NCBI GenBank assembly: GCA_963719085.1
Contig: CAVRAL010000001.1
Location: forward strand, 1,088,001-1,152,000
Reading direction: 5' to 3'
Source of the DNA: a candidate division FCPU426 bacterium
GTDB taxonomy: Bacteria > Oederibacteriota > Muellerivitia > Muellerivitales > Muellerivitaceae
DNA length: 64,000 nt
The notes under the pieces are model-generated. The model searched no databases and was not told where the DNA came from. It saw only the letters and a program-made list of their open reading frames with translations. The position numbers and the translations under genes were made by a program. Below are positions 1 through 9,037 of this stretch, piece by piece. Position 1 is the first letter of the stretch. Each line of letters starts with the position of its first letter.

Positions 1-1
1 T

Positions 2-325
2 TTCGACAAATTTCACCGCCGCCTGGAACTGGAAATCAGGACCAATCCCCTCACCGCCAAAATGGTTTTAATCGAGGCCGGGGACCTCGGCCATTTCAAA
101 CGGCCCAGCCATTATCTTTGGGGAGAACTCCAAGACGAACCCCGGATCCGGGAACTTTTAACGAATGATTTCTGGCTTTATCTGGAACGCTTCCCCAACT
201 GGCGGCTCAAGGCCCAAGGCGATTGGCTCCTGGTCTTCGAGGAAAACATTCCGGTGCCTCCGGAAAAAATCCTGGAATTCGCCGATCAGTCGGCGCGCGC
301 CGCGGATTTCTTTTTCAAGAATTAA
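2..325 (+). CDS. Hypothetical protein, 5'-truncated by the window edge
   Basis: The frame is open from base 2 (FDKFHRRLELEIRTNPLTAK) into ORF 62..325. It ends at TAA followed by a hairpin. Confidence 0.6.
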   Translation, partial: FDKFHRRLELEIRTNPLTAKMVLIEAGDLGHFKRPSHYLWGELQDEPRIRELLTNDFWLYLERFPNWRLKAQGDWLLVFEENIPVPPEKILEFADQSARAADFFFKN

Positions 326-356
326 AAAAGCCCCCGTCAATAAGCCGAGGGCTTTT
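325..356. terminator. Imperfect bidirectional intrinsic terminator between convergent genes
   Basis: AAAAAAGCCC...GGGCTTTT inverted repeat between stop codons at 325 (+) and 380 (-). Confidence 0.5.
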
Positions 357-379
357 CATGGTCGATTTTATTTAAAATT

Positions 380-724
380 TCACGGCTTCAAGGGAACCGA
401 AGTCGCCACACCCATGGGCAAGTTCAGCGTATTGCCCGGCTGGGACGCCGGCGTCGCCGTAGGCGCGGCCATGCCTACCACGGTTCCGCTCATAATTCCT
501 GAATTCGCGGCCGACGAAGTCTGCGGGGCCGCCCGATGATGGTGGCGGGGCCGCGGCGTCGATACCGGTGTCACCACCGCGACCGGCGTGATGACTTGAC
601 CGGCTCCTGAGGCGCGCACTGAAGACGGCAACCCGCCGGTTGTCGTTTGCGCCCAAAGGGTCGAAAAGCTCAAACCTAAAACCGAAAGACCTGTGATCGC
701 TAAAATATTCTTATTCATTTTCAA
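380..724 (-). CDS. Small secreted low-complexity (Thr/Pro/Ala-rich) protein
   Basis: GAGGAG RBS upstream. Signal-peptide-like N-terminus (NKNILAITGLSVLGLSFSTLWA-Q). Start is TTG 724 or ATG 718. Confidence 0.65.
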   Translation of the reverse strand: MKMNKNILAITGLSVLGLSFSTLWAQTTTGGLPSSVRASGAGQVITPVAVVTPVSTPRPRHHHRAAPQTSSAANSGIMSGTVVGMAAPTATPASQPGNTLNLPMGVATSVPLKP

Positions 725-799
725 GCTCCTCGTTTGTTTTCTATGGATTTAGACGAAGGGCACAGTCCGGAAGTTCTACGTTTCTAAATGATAAAGGGA

Positions 800-1621
800 T
801 TAAGGGGCTTTTCGAGCCTTAGCGGCGGGTAAACGGTTTTTCTGGCAGGATACCGCGAAAAAAAGAAAAGCGATCGAAATGAGAATCGCCGCCCACAAGG
901 GCATTTCATCCCTCCAGAAAATTAAAAAAACGGTTAAAGCGGTCAAAGCCGGCGCGTGGCTGACGACCGCGAGCCTCAACGATTGGTCGTAATCCAACCG
1001 CTTTTTGAGCCCCTTGGCCACCAGAAGGCCTCCCAGCGCGTAAATCAACAGCGCCGCCATCTCGAAAAGAAACCAAAACAATACGATACAAAAATAGCCC
1101 AGACTTCCGGACCAGCGGACCAGAAAATCCGTCCAGCGCTTCAGTTTTTCACCGGTCACGCTCAGATCAGGAAACAAGGCCCAGTTCCGGACCTGATCCC
1201 GGGCCAAACCCAAACTCACGCGTCTTTCTTGAAACTGCGTCTTCGTCGCCAAGAGGGCTGTTTGAAGATTCTCCACCCCGGGGATTTTGTCCAACTGGTT
1301 GATTTTCCCGGTCGTGTCGATCACCAGGGCCGATACGGAGCTGAAATCCACACGGTAAGGCTGGGAGACGGGCGACGAGAATTGTCCGCCTTCAATTTGA
1401 AAATCCGGAATTTTATCGGCGATTCCCGGCAAAACCTGGGAAGCCGCGGATTGCAGAAGAATCGCCTGGGGCACGGCCAAAACCACCAAAAGTAAAAAAA
1501 GAAAGCCAAACCCGGTTCCGGACCAGCGCTCCCCCACTTCCAAATAAAGCTCGGGGGAAAAAAGGGAAAACAGGATGGTTTTCCACGCCGGTGTTTTCTT
1601 TTTTAGTTTTTGTTTTTTCAT
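800..1621 (-). CDS. Integral membrane protein, DUF1189-like
   Basis: N-terminal TM after SLFSPELY, a soluble loop, then about three C-terminal TM helices. The start overlaps the upstream stop (TAATG). Confidence 0.65.
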   Translation of the reverse strand: MKKQKLKKKTPAWKTILFSLFSPELYLEVGERWSGTGFGFLFLLLVVLAVPQAILLQSAASQVLPGIADKIPDFQIEGGQFSSPVSQPYRVDFSSVSALVIDTTGKINQLDKIPGVENLQTALLATKTQFQERRVSLGLARDQVRNWALFPDLSVTGEKLKRWTDFLVRWSGSLGYFCIVLFWFLFEMAALLIYALGGLLVAKGLKKRLDYDQSLRLAVVSHAPALTALTVFLIFWRDEMPLWAAILISIAFLFFAVSCQKNRLPAAKARKAP

Positions 1622-1995
1622 TAGACCGTGGAAGGCGGGAAAGTTTTCAGATAAATCTCAAGGGATTTTCGGTCATCGTCCGTCATCGACACGAAAGTCA
1701 GCCCGGCTCCGGACGCGTTAACCCAAGCGACTTTGGCGAAGGCTGAAAAAGGGGCGGTTCGACCCGGGATTGAAAACTTGAGCGTGACCAAATCCTGAGC
1801 GGTTAAATCCGGATGGCCGCCGAGCAGCATCCCCCCCAAACTGGCGTCCACAGTCTCGGCCATTTTGGTATTGGCGATGAGGTCCTGAATTCCCCGGTCC
1901 TTCTGCTGGCCTTTCATCACCAAGTAAGTCACCTGGATATGGGCTTGAACCCGGGGATAGGCTCTTTTATTGAAAAACATTTTGGCTTCAGGCAT
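1621..1995 (-). CDS. Single-domain PilZ c-di-GMP receptor protein
   Basis: RxxxR (KRAYPR) and DxSxGG (DASLGG) motifs plus AKVAW...GLTF. Start set to ATG 1995 after an AAGGA RBS; the ORF-track extension to 2208 is probably non-coding. Confidence 0.85.
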   Translation of the reverse strand: MPEAKMFFNKRAYPRVQAHIQVTYLVMKGQQKDRGIQDLIANTKMAETVDASLGGMLLGGHPDLTAQDLVTLKFSIPGRTAPFSAFAKVAWVNASGAGLTFVSMTDDDRKSLEIYLKTFPPSTV

Positions 1996-2206
1996 GGGTT
2001 TCCTTTTCGGAAGGCATTTTACCCCGAAATGATAATGGAGGTGATAAAAATTAACTCCGGTTCTCTTACCGAAGATCCACAATCCGCGCGGGGAATTTTC
2101 AACCCCTTTCATCCGCCATATTCCAAAATCATTTGGATGGCCAGGCCGCAGGCCGCTTGAATTCCCGCCCATTGAAAAATCCAAGAGAGCCTGTTGCAAA
2201 ACCGGC

Positions 2207-2243
2207 AAAAAAAAAGCCCCCTCGGCTTTCGCCGGGGGGGCTT
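2207..2243 (-). terminator. Intrinsic terminator of the cold-shock gene
   Basis: Minus strand reads GCCCCCCCGGC-GAAA-GCCGAGGGGGC followed by T9. Confidence 0.9.
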
Positions 2244-2259
2244 GACTTCGAAAAGACGG

Positions 2260-2460
2260 TTAGATCTTGACGACGTTTTCGGCCTTGAGACCCTTATCCC
2301 CACGAACCACTTCGAATTCCACGCGGTCCCCTTCGTTCAGGGACTTGTAGCCATCCGCTTGAATGGACGAATGGTGAACGAATACATCCTCACCACCATC
2401 TTGGGCGATAAAACCAAAACCTTTTTCATTCTTAAACCACTTCACGGTACCTTGCGACAT
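2260..2460 (-). CDS. cspA: Cold-shock protein (CspA family)
   Basis: 66 aa with GTVKWF, RNP1 KGFGFI, RNP2 VFVH and C-terminal KGLKAENV. Confidence 0.97.
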   Translation of the reverse strand: MSQGTVKWFKNEKGFGFIAQDGGEDVFVHHSSIQADGYKSLNEGDRVEFEVVRGDKGLKAENVVKI

Positions 2461-2609
2461 TGTTTGAAACCTCGACTTTATTCTAAAAATTTAACTGCAT
2501 CAGTTGAGGCCCGAAGGCCTTTCACGGATGGTCCCATCCTACAGCACCGTGGCGAAATAAGCGACAAATCGGCGTCCGGCGGCGACTATTTTGGCCCAAA
2601 CAGCCATTT

Positions 2610-3953
2610 TTACCCCTGGCGCAGGGATCGTTTGATGCTTTTCCAACTCGCCCGGGTATCGGTCGGCCGATATTGTTCGCGGATCGCGGCTTTCAACGAA
2701 AGGCGGTATTTTTGATTTTCGGACATTTTCCGGATTTCGGCGTACCAAGCCGCCGGCTGGTCGGCTTCCAGGGCCGGCATGATCCCGCGGGTGGCTTCCC
2801 GAAGCGCGGGCGTGGTGGACACAATGACCGGAATCCCAAAATCCAGGCATTCGGAAGCCCCCAGACCCCATCCCTCCAACCAGGACGGCATCACGCCGAA
2901 CATCGCGCCCCGGTAGTAGTCAATCAACTCCAAATCACCCACCTGTCCGGTAAAAATCATTCGTTCGCGTAATTCGGGATTTTGTTTCAGATATTCCCGC
3001 AATTTCTCCAAACCCCAACCCCACTTCCCCGCGCAGATAAGTTTGGGCAGCCGCACGCCCTCTTCCAAGGCTTGTTTCCAAATCCGGGCCAAGAGCAAAT
3101 GATTTTTCCTAATTTCCACCGTGGCGCAATAGAGGATGTAAGGTTCTTTCGGCTTCAGCGGCGCGGTCCGGCCCAGCTTTTTGGCCTTTTCGTAAAGAAT
3201 CGAGGGCATGGAAAAACGGTGGACGGGCACCGGCAAGCTTCGGGAGCCGTTCAAATAAGAACTCATCATGCCCTGGGAAGACTTGGAGGTACAAACCACC
3301 CGGGTGCCTGGCGCCTTCAGGAGCAGATCAATATTCTCGGTAAACCGTTTTGCCTGAACGGGCTTATCCAGAAAATCCGGTTTCAAGATCGGGATCAAAT
3401 CATGGCAAATAAAGGCCCGGCGGCGGCTTTCCCGGACCAACTTGGGCAATTGAGGCCCGGTCAAGGCCGCGTCGGATAAAAGAAGGATTCCTTGCCGGGT
3501 ATCCACATCGGGCGCTCGCGAATCTTTAGGGCGAAGAAGACGGCAATAAATCCGGCGGGCCCTGAAAACAAGTTTAAAAACATAAAATAAAAAACGAAAC
3601 CGAAATTTCCGGGTAACGAGATTCGCGTAATAGCGGTCGGAAGATCGACCCAAGCCGGGGTTCTCGCGGATCCGGCGGAACGCCCACGCAACAATCCCCG
3701 CCCATGATCCTTGGCCGATCTCGGCGGAAACATCCCCATTCCGATAAACAAGCGATTCCCTTTCCCAGGCATGAATTTCCTGGTAGGCCCCCCGTCCGGG
3801 GACGAAACGCACTATTTTCACGCTGGCATCCGGATCATTCAGCGCGCACTGAAAGATGAATTTTTCGACCCTCGGAATGCCGGAGAAGGACTCGGCGAAA
3901 TTCAATAAGGCGCTGGTGGCGTCCACGTAAATGGGATCGTTTCGTGTCCCCAT
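2610..3953 (-). CDS. Glycosyltransferase, GT4/GT-B family
   Basis: HDLIPI, TVEIRKN and PSWLEGWGLGASEC...GIPVIVS motifs. Start set to ATG 3953, just after the upstream stop at 3956. Confidence 0.85.
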   Translation of the reverse strand: MGTRNDPIYVDATSALLNFAESFSGIPRVEKFIFQCALNDPDASVKIVRFVPGRGAYQEIHAWERESLVYRNGDVSAEIGQGSWAGIVAWAFRRIRENPGLGRSSDRYYANLVTRKFRFRFLFYVFKLVFRARRIYCRLLRPKDSRAPDVDTRQGILLLSDAALTGPQLPKLVRESRRRAFICHDLIPILKPDFLDKPVQAKRFTENIDLLLKAPGTRVVCTSKSSQGMMSSYLNGSRSLPVPVHRFSMPSILYEKAKKLGRTAPLKPKEPYILYCATVEIRKNHLLLARIWKQALEEGVRLPKLICAGKWGWGLEKLREYLKQNPELRERMIFTGQVGDLELIDYYRGAMFGVMPSWLEGWGLGASECLDFGIPVIVSTTPALREATRGIMPALEADQPAAWYAEIRKMSENQKYRLSLKAAIREQYRPTDTRASWKSIKRSLRQG

Positions 3954-3955
3954 GA

Positions 3956-5191
3956 CTAAAACCTCACACCCGATAAAATCCATCGTGACAGGCTGATCAA
4001 AATCAACAAAGCGCCCAGAAGCACAAAGACCAATATCATCCGGCGCGCGCGACGGCGACGTTTTTCTTGATCCACCAATTTTCCCGTCTGAAAGGCAATG
4101 TCCAGCGCCCGGGCGGGCAATAACCCGCGGGCAGCGGCCTCCGAATCCCCTCCCGGAGAAAGCCGGACTTCCTGAAAAAGTCGGGCTCCCGGCTTTGCCA
4201 AAAATATTTTGGCGATTTTCAAATTGTCTTTGACGTGGCGTTTTAACAAGGCCGTCTGTTGCCGAGGAGAAAGCCACTCCCGAACCCTGGATTTCATGTC
4301 GCCTCCGGATTCCATTCGAGCCGCCTCCAACACCCATCGCCGAGGTAAGGTTGGCTTTCCGTCATTCATCCGCCGATTGAGAATACGGATGAACTCAATA
4401 AAATCCCTCGGGGGCGTCTTATTCACCGATTCAAGGTCCTCGTCCGGCGGCTCCCAGGAAGCCGGCACCTGCAATCCAAGCGCTTTTTCAAAAAAATCCG
4501 ACACCACCCCTAGGGGCAACCCACCCGGCTCATAGGGTCGGACCAGTATTTTTTCGGGCCCGAAGGCGCCGGACCAAAATTTAAGCAAGCCGCGGCTCTT
4601 CATCCGGGGCCCAAAACGCCCCCGGAAATCCTTAAAATCAATCGTCGCGGTTCCCTCGCCCTTGATGAGCTGGGAGTAATGGGAAACCAACAGCTCATCT
4701 TGCCGGCGCAGATAAACCACGAGCCTGGGATCATAATTTCGTCGATAAACAAAACCAGCCAATAACTGGGCGGCCGTCTTCACCCATCGCGGGTTAAATT
4801 CGATCTCACTGGCCATATGCAGGTCGAACAGGTCCTCGGCCGAAATAAGCAACCGTTTCGATTTAAACCGCCTGAGTTGAGAGTCGAAAGAATCAAATAT
4901 CGAGTCCAATGATTCAAACGGCCTGCAGTAAACCCCGTATTTTCGCCAAAACTTATCGGCGGCTTGAGCGTCGCCATGCTCCAGCATCGCTTGGCGCCGC
5001 AAAAGAACAAAGACACGGAAATGGCTGTTGGCGTAAGCCCGAACGCCTCGGTTGAAACGAGGCGCCAAAGGATAAAGGAGTCCATTGGCCTTTAAAGCTT
5101 TTTCGTTTTTCGACAAAAAAGACTGGAGGGCCTTGGAACCGGTTTTATGCTGACCGATGTGGAGAATGAGTTCTATCCGGTGTGCGCTCAC
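3956..5191 (-). CDS. Sulfotransferase-fold / polysaccharide-modifying protein with C-terminal membrane anchor
   Basis: LHIGQHKTGSKALQ, ISAEDL, VYLRRQD and WSGAFG motifs typical of sulfotransferase-like proteins in glycan loci. RRRRARR followed by a hydrophobic C-tail. GTG start overlaps the upstream TGA. Confidence 0.65.
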   Translation of the reverse strand: MSAHRIELILHIGQHKTGSKALQSFLSKNEKALKANGLLYPLAPRFNRGVRAYANSHFRVFVLLRRQAMLEHGDAQAADKFWRKYGVYCRPFESLDSIFDSFDSQLRRFKSKRLLISAEDLFDLHMASEIEFNPRWVKTAAQLLAGFVYRRNYDPRLVVYLRRQDELLVSHYSQLIKGEGTATIDFKDFRGRFGPRMKSRGLLKFWSGAFGPEKILVRPYEPGGLPLGVVSDFFEKALGLQVPASWEPPDEDLESVNKTPPRDFIEFIRILNRRMNDGKPTLPRRWVLEAARMESGGDMKSRVREWLSPRQQTALLKRHVKDNLKIAKIFLAKPGARLFQEVRLSPGGDSEAAARGLLPARALDIAFQTGKLVDQEKRRRRARRMILVFVLLGALLILISLSRWILSGVRF

Positions 5192-5793
5192 GCTTTTCTG
5201 CCCAAGCCGATGATCCGAGGCGGATTCATGACCTTGAAAACCCTGACATCCTTGAGTCCAGCCAACAAAACTTCACGCATGGCCTGCTCCGTAAAGCGGT
5301 AGTAATCCCCGGGAAACCGGTGTTCTCCTAAAGTCAGCGTACCGGCGTTGAAAAACTCGGCGCGGGTTACCTGAGCAAAAAAACGGACCAACATTTTAAT
5401 CAAAGAACGCTTTGGCAAAAAACTATCCAGACCCATTCCGTGAAATCCGGGAACCCCGATGACCACCCACCCGCCGGGCGCCGTCACCCGTACCATTTCC
5501 GAGACCGTTTTCCAGAAAAAAGGGTCATGTTCCAAGGTGGAATTGCAAAGCACCGCCTCAAACCGGTTATCCTCGAACTGGGACATCGAATGGGCGTCCC
5601 CTTGCAGGATTCGCCAGCCTTCCCCCGACGAGGCTTCTTCCAAGTTAAGCCCTATCCTTTCAGGCACTTTCTTGAGGCATTCCATCGCTAGAAGATTATC
5701 TGGTCCCGGAACCGCGCCCACTTCCAGCACGGACCGGCTCAACCCCATGGGTTGAATCAAACGCTCGAAGGCTTGATAAACCTCGGGACTCAC
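5188..5793 (-). CDS. Class I SAM-dependent methyltransferase
   Basis: VLEVGA motif I, GDAH, FEAVLCNSTLEH, RVTAPGG and DYYRFT. GTG 5793 overlaps the upstream stop (GTGA) and has an AAGGA RBS. Confidence 0.85.
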   Translation of the reverse strand: MSPEVYQAFERLIQPMGLSRSVLEVGAVPGPDNLLAMECLKKVPERIGLNLEEASSGEGWRILQGDAHSMSQFEDNRFEAVLCNSTLEHDPFFWKTVSEMVRVTAPGGWVVIGVPGFHGMGLDSFLPKRSLIKMLVRFFAQVTRAEFFNAGTLTLGEHRFPGDYYRFTEQAMREVLLAGLKDVRVFKVMNPPRIIGLGRKA

Positions 5794-7958
5794 GCCGAAT
5801 CCTTTCGCGCGAGTCGGCCCGGCCATAGGGATCGTGCCATCGCGATCAAACGCCGTTTAATGAATTTACGCGCCATTCGAAAGTACGAAGCGATAAACCG
5901 AAGACTCGTCATCAGCCGGGGATTCACCGACAGGGCCACGCTCCAAATTTTGAACCAGGGGAATCCGCCTTCTTGGGAATGGGTGAGACTTTGGTTAAAA
6001 AGAAAAGCCAGGGTCTGGGCCTCATAACGGGACAAATGCGGCTCAAGGCGGGACTGAGAGGTCAATCCCCTTTTAATGGCCATTTGGGCAATGGAGCGGA
6101 AAATCCGCGAGTTGGCCGATATCTGGTGGAATGGCACTTTTGAGCTGGCATTGTCCCCATGCTGGACCCAGCAGCCAGCGATCGTGTTCAAAAGAAGAAC
6201 CTCGCCTTCCAGCGACAGTCTTAAAAAAGAATCCATATCCGAGGAACTGATGGGAGCCGTATAGCAGCCGTTCCGGACCGCTTCCCGGCGGTCGAACAAA
6301 ATTCCCAAATGGGTGAAGAAGCCTGTTTGAAAGACAAATTTCAAATAATCGGCCCCGGTCAGACATTTTTCGGATTCGGGGATCGGGGGCAATAAATCCA
6401 CATCCGGTTTCTTTTCATCCGCGAAATGAACCCGATGGCCGGCCTGGGCGAATAAAATTTTCCGGCCCGACTGCCTCCCAATCGCTTCCCGGGCGCGGCT
6501 GATAAAGACCGGGTCGGTCAAATAATCATCCCCGTCCAGCATCAGAGCCCAATCCCCTTGGGCGCATTCGACAATCGCTTTGCGGTAATTGGCCGCCCGG
6601 CCCAAATTCGCCTGGTTGCGGACATAATGAAAACGCGGATCGCTTTTCCACTTTTGACATAAGATCCCGGTTTTATCGGTGGAAGCGTCATCGACCACAA
6701 TGACCTCCAAGGAGCGAAAATTTTGCATCAGGGCGCTGGAAACCGCCCGATCCAAAAAGCCTTCCTGATTATAGGTCGGGATAAGAATGGAGACCTCGGG
6801 GCGGGCTTCCCGGAGAGGCCGCTCCTCTAAAAGTCCGGCCAAACGGGCCGTCTCGCCGGCCCCATCGCTGAGGGGCGGGGATTCTTGGATGTTTCGGCCG
6901 AATTCCTCAATTAATCCTCGATTCAACAAGAGGCGGCTGAGGGCTCCATCGATCGCGGCGGGGTCGTTGGGGACGATGAATCCCGTGCGGCCATTTTCAA
7001 CCAACTCATCCGCGCCGTTCACATCGGTCATCAATACGGGTTTCCCCGCGTGGAGGGCCTCTAAAACCACCATGGAGCTGCCTTCGGATTTTGAAAGCAG
7101 CACAAATAGGTCGCACTTCGCCAACCAGGGATCAACCGCCTCTTGATGTCCCATCAAGAAGAACCGATCTTCCAAACCCAGTGCCTTGATTTCGGTTCGA
7201 AGACGGGGTTCTTCGGGTCCTTCCCCCAGGACGATCCAGCGAAAATCAATCCCTAAATCACGGAGCCGGGCATGCGCCCTTATGTTTTCAAGGATTTGTT
7301 TATCCGGAACCAACCGGGCCACCGTGAGCACCACGAGCAAGTCCCGCGGGACAATAACCGGTGTTTCACCGGCGGAAGAACCCGGCTCGTCCTCGCCGAT
7401 CGGCGGGAACATCACCTGAAAGGGCCGCTCTCTCAAAGGCGGGCAATGGGGAGCGATGGTGGTCCAAAGTTTCCGGGAGACCGTCAGGATAAGATCGGCG
7501 GCCAGGAGGCAGCTTTCCACGGAGCTTCTTTCCCGAAGGGATTGCTTGGAAAAAAAGATCAGCCCTTCATCCACCAGAAAGACAATTTTCCGGGGACTCC
7601 GCGCCAAGCTAAAAGCCACACAAGCGCGCCAGTCGGGAAAAACCGAGGTGCCCAGGACGGCATGATAGTCCCGTTGAAGGGGCTCAATCTTTTCACGCTG
7701 TAAAAAAAGCTCCATCGAGCCCAGCGAGTCCTGTTCGCCTAAGGAGTAAGCCCCCGTGTCCCGATGGCCCATTTGAAGCCGGAAAAGCCCCACTTCGGCC
7801 GGAAGACGGGAAAGCATCCGCTCGTCCGCGGGGCCCGTGACCAGGAAATCAATGTCATAAATGGAAACAAGACGCCGGATGTGGCGAAGCGCCAACAAGG
7901 CGGCTCCGCCCGGAGTGAATTCCCAAGCGATGAACAAGATTCTTTTTTTGGGCGTCAT
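5790..7958 (-). CDS. Bifunctional glycosyltransferase: N-terminal GT4 plus C-terminal GT2
   Basis: GT4 motifs (GGAA, TVARL..K, SKSEGSSMVVLEA) followed by GT2 motifs (SILIPTYN, VVDDASTD, LDGDD). Start uncertain: ATG 7958 or up to 7997. Confidence 0.88.
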   Translation of the reverse strand: MTPKKRILFIAWEFTPGGAALLALRHIRRLVSIYDIDFLVTGPADERMLSRLPAEVGLFRLQMGHRDTGAYSLGEQDSLGSMELFLQREKIEPLQRDYHAVLGTSVFPDWRACVAFSLARSPRKIVFLVDEGLIFFSKQSLRERSSVESCLLAADLILTVSRKLWTTIAPHCPPLRERPFQVMFPPIGEDEPGSSAGETPVIVPRDLLVVLTVARLVPDKQILENIRAHARLRDLGIDFRWIVLGEGPEEPRLRTEIKALGLEDRFFLMGHQEAVDPWLAKCDLFVLLSKSEGSSMVVLEALHAGKPVLMTDVNGADELVENGRTGFIVPNDPAAIDGALSRLLLNRGLIEEFGRNIQESPPLSDGAGETARLAGLLEERPLREARPEVSILIPTYNQEGFLDRAVSSALMQNFRSLEVIVVDDASTDKTGILCQKWKSDPRFHYVRNQANLGRAANYRKAIVECAQGDWALMLDGDDYLTDPVFISRAREAIGRQSGRKILFAQAGHRVHFADEKKPDVDLLPPIPESEKCLTGADYLKFVFQTGFFTHLGILFDRREAVRNGCYTAPISSSDMDSFLRLSLEGEVLLLNTIAGCWVQHGDNASSKVPFHQISANSRIFRSIAQMAIKRGLTSQSRLEPHLSRYEAQTLAFLFNQSLTHSQEGGFPWFKIWSVALSVNPRLMTSLRFIASYFRMARKFIKRRLIAMARSLWPGRLARKDSA

Positions 7959-8066
7959 GGTGGACAAGATCCGGTCGTTTAATTGATTCCATGACAATCA
8001 TAATTGCGGCCGGGTCGTTTTTGGAAAAAAGCGTCAGGTCTCGTCCGATTCGCGGGTCGCGAAAAT

Positions 8067-8100
8067 AAAAAAAAGGCCGGCCCACAGGGCCGGCCTTTTT
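8067..8100. terminator. Bidirectional-type intrinsic terminator
   Basis: A8-GGCCGGCCC-ACA-GGGCCGGCC-T5 perfect hairpin. Confidence 0.88.
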
Positions 8101-8128
8101 CGCTTTATTCGTTTAAATCCAACGGGTC

Positions 8129-8341
8129 TTACTGGCCGTCATACCGATGGTCATTGTACCAGGGGTGATTGGACCGCCAATTATCATCATGGTCATGATC
8201 GTAATGCCACCTGGAATCATGGACCACGACCTCAACCCCCGCGCCCTGGCCGCTCATATGGGCGTAACAGCCCGAAGTCCAAGTGACGCAAAGCGCGAAA
8301 AGAACCGCGTAACAACCCAACGTAAAAATTTTCATCAACAC
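8129..8341 (-). CDS. Small putative lipoprotein with His/Asp/Trp-rich tail
   Basis: GGGGAGG RBS, hydrophobic signal ending TSG-C, tail RWHYDHDHDDNWRSNHPWYNDH. Followed by a strong terminator. Confidence 0.7.
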   Translation of the reverse strand: MLMKIFTLGCYAVLFALCVTWTSGCYAHMSGQGAGVEVVVHDSRWHYDHDHDDNWRSNHPWYNDHRYDGQ

Positions 8342-8399
8342 ACCTCCCCGAAATTTAAAACCATTTCGAACCCATGGCTGTTTTCATCCTAAATCCCTC

Positions 8400-8432
8400 A
8401 AAAAGAAGGCGGGCGCGATGGCGCGCCCGCCC
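8400..8432 (-). terminator. Intrinsic terminator
   Basis: GGCGGGCGCG-N4-CGCGCCCGCC stem with a T-rich tail on the minus strand. Confidence 0.75.
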
Positions 8433-8457
8433 CAAGAAACGGATGTGAAATTGTCGA

Positions 8458-8976
8458 TTACTGCGCCGCCGCGTCCTGTTTTTTGTCCGCGATCTTCTCG
8501 TCGGTTTTATCCAGCTTTTGCTCGTTGGAGTCCATCTGCTTCACGTTCGCGTCGCGATGCATGCGGTCAGCGTCCAACTTAGCGATGCTTTTGTCCCGCT
8601 TGGCGCGATGGTGTTTTAACTTCGCCGCGTCATGATGGATATCGTGATGGTCATCCCGGATATCGGCGCGGTCTTTTCGCGCGTCTTTCGAGTCGCCATT
8701 CGCCTTGGCATCCTTCAATCCGGCCCGATCCTCCGACAATTGCTTCGAGTCGGAGCGCTCATCCTTTTTCTCGCCCTTAATGGCCGAATCATTATCTTGG
8801 ATGGCGTTTTGATCCTTGCCCATTTTGTCATCGGCCTTATTCACGCCGGTTTGATCCTGGCTCACGTCCGTTTTGAGATTCTGCTTATCATTTTGAAGCG
8901 AAGCGTCATCGGCCATCGAAATCCCGGCCGCCGACACAAACCACAATCCCATCAAAACCGCCAATTGCTTTCTCAT
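8458..8976 (-). CDS. Secreted highly hydrophilic (D/K/Q-rich) helical protein
   Basis: Signal peptide MRKQLAVLMGLWFVSAAGISMA, AAGGA RBS, mature part almost free of aromatic residues with 7-residue periodicity. Confidence 0.75.
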   Translation of the reverse strand: MRKQLAVLMGLWFVSAAGISMADDASLQNDKQNLKTDVSQDQTGVNKADDKMGKDQNAIQDNDSAIKGEKKDERSDSKQLSEDRAGLKDAKANGDSKDARKDRADIRDDHHDIHHDAAKLKHHRAKRDKSIAKLDADRMHRDANVKQMDSNEQKLDKTDEKIADKKQDAAAQ

Positions 8977-9037
8977 TTTTTGTTTTCCTTTTTCTTTCGT
9001 CTATTCAACTTTAAAAGCTCAAAACCCCGGCAACGCC

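Noticed and set aside
1996..2206. c-di-GMP riboswitch upstream of the PilZ gene
   Set aside because: I could not find the GEMM-type conserved elements by eye. An Rfam/Infernal scan would settle it.
3954..4337. N-terminal extension of the 575-aa glycosyltransferase ORF
   Set aside because: It overlaps the upstream gene by ~380 bp. ATG 3953 directly after the upstream stop is the more plausible start.
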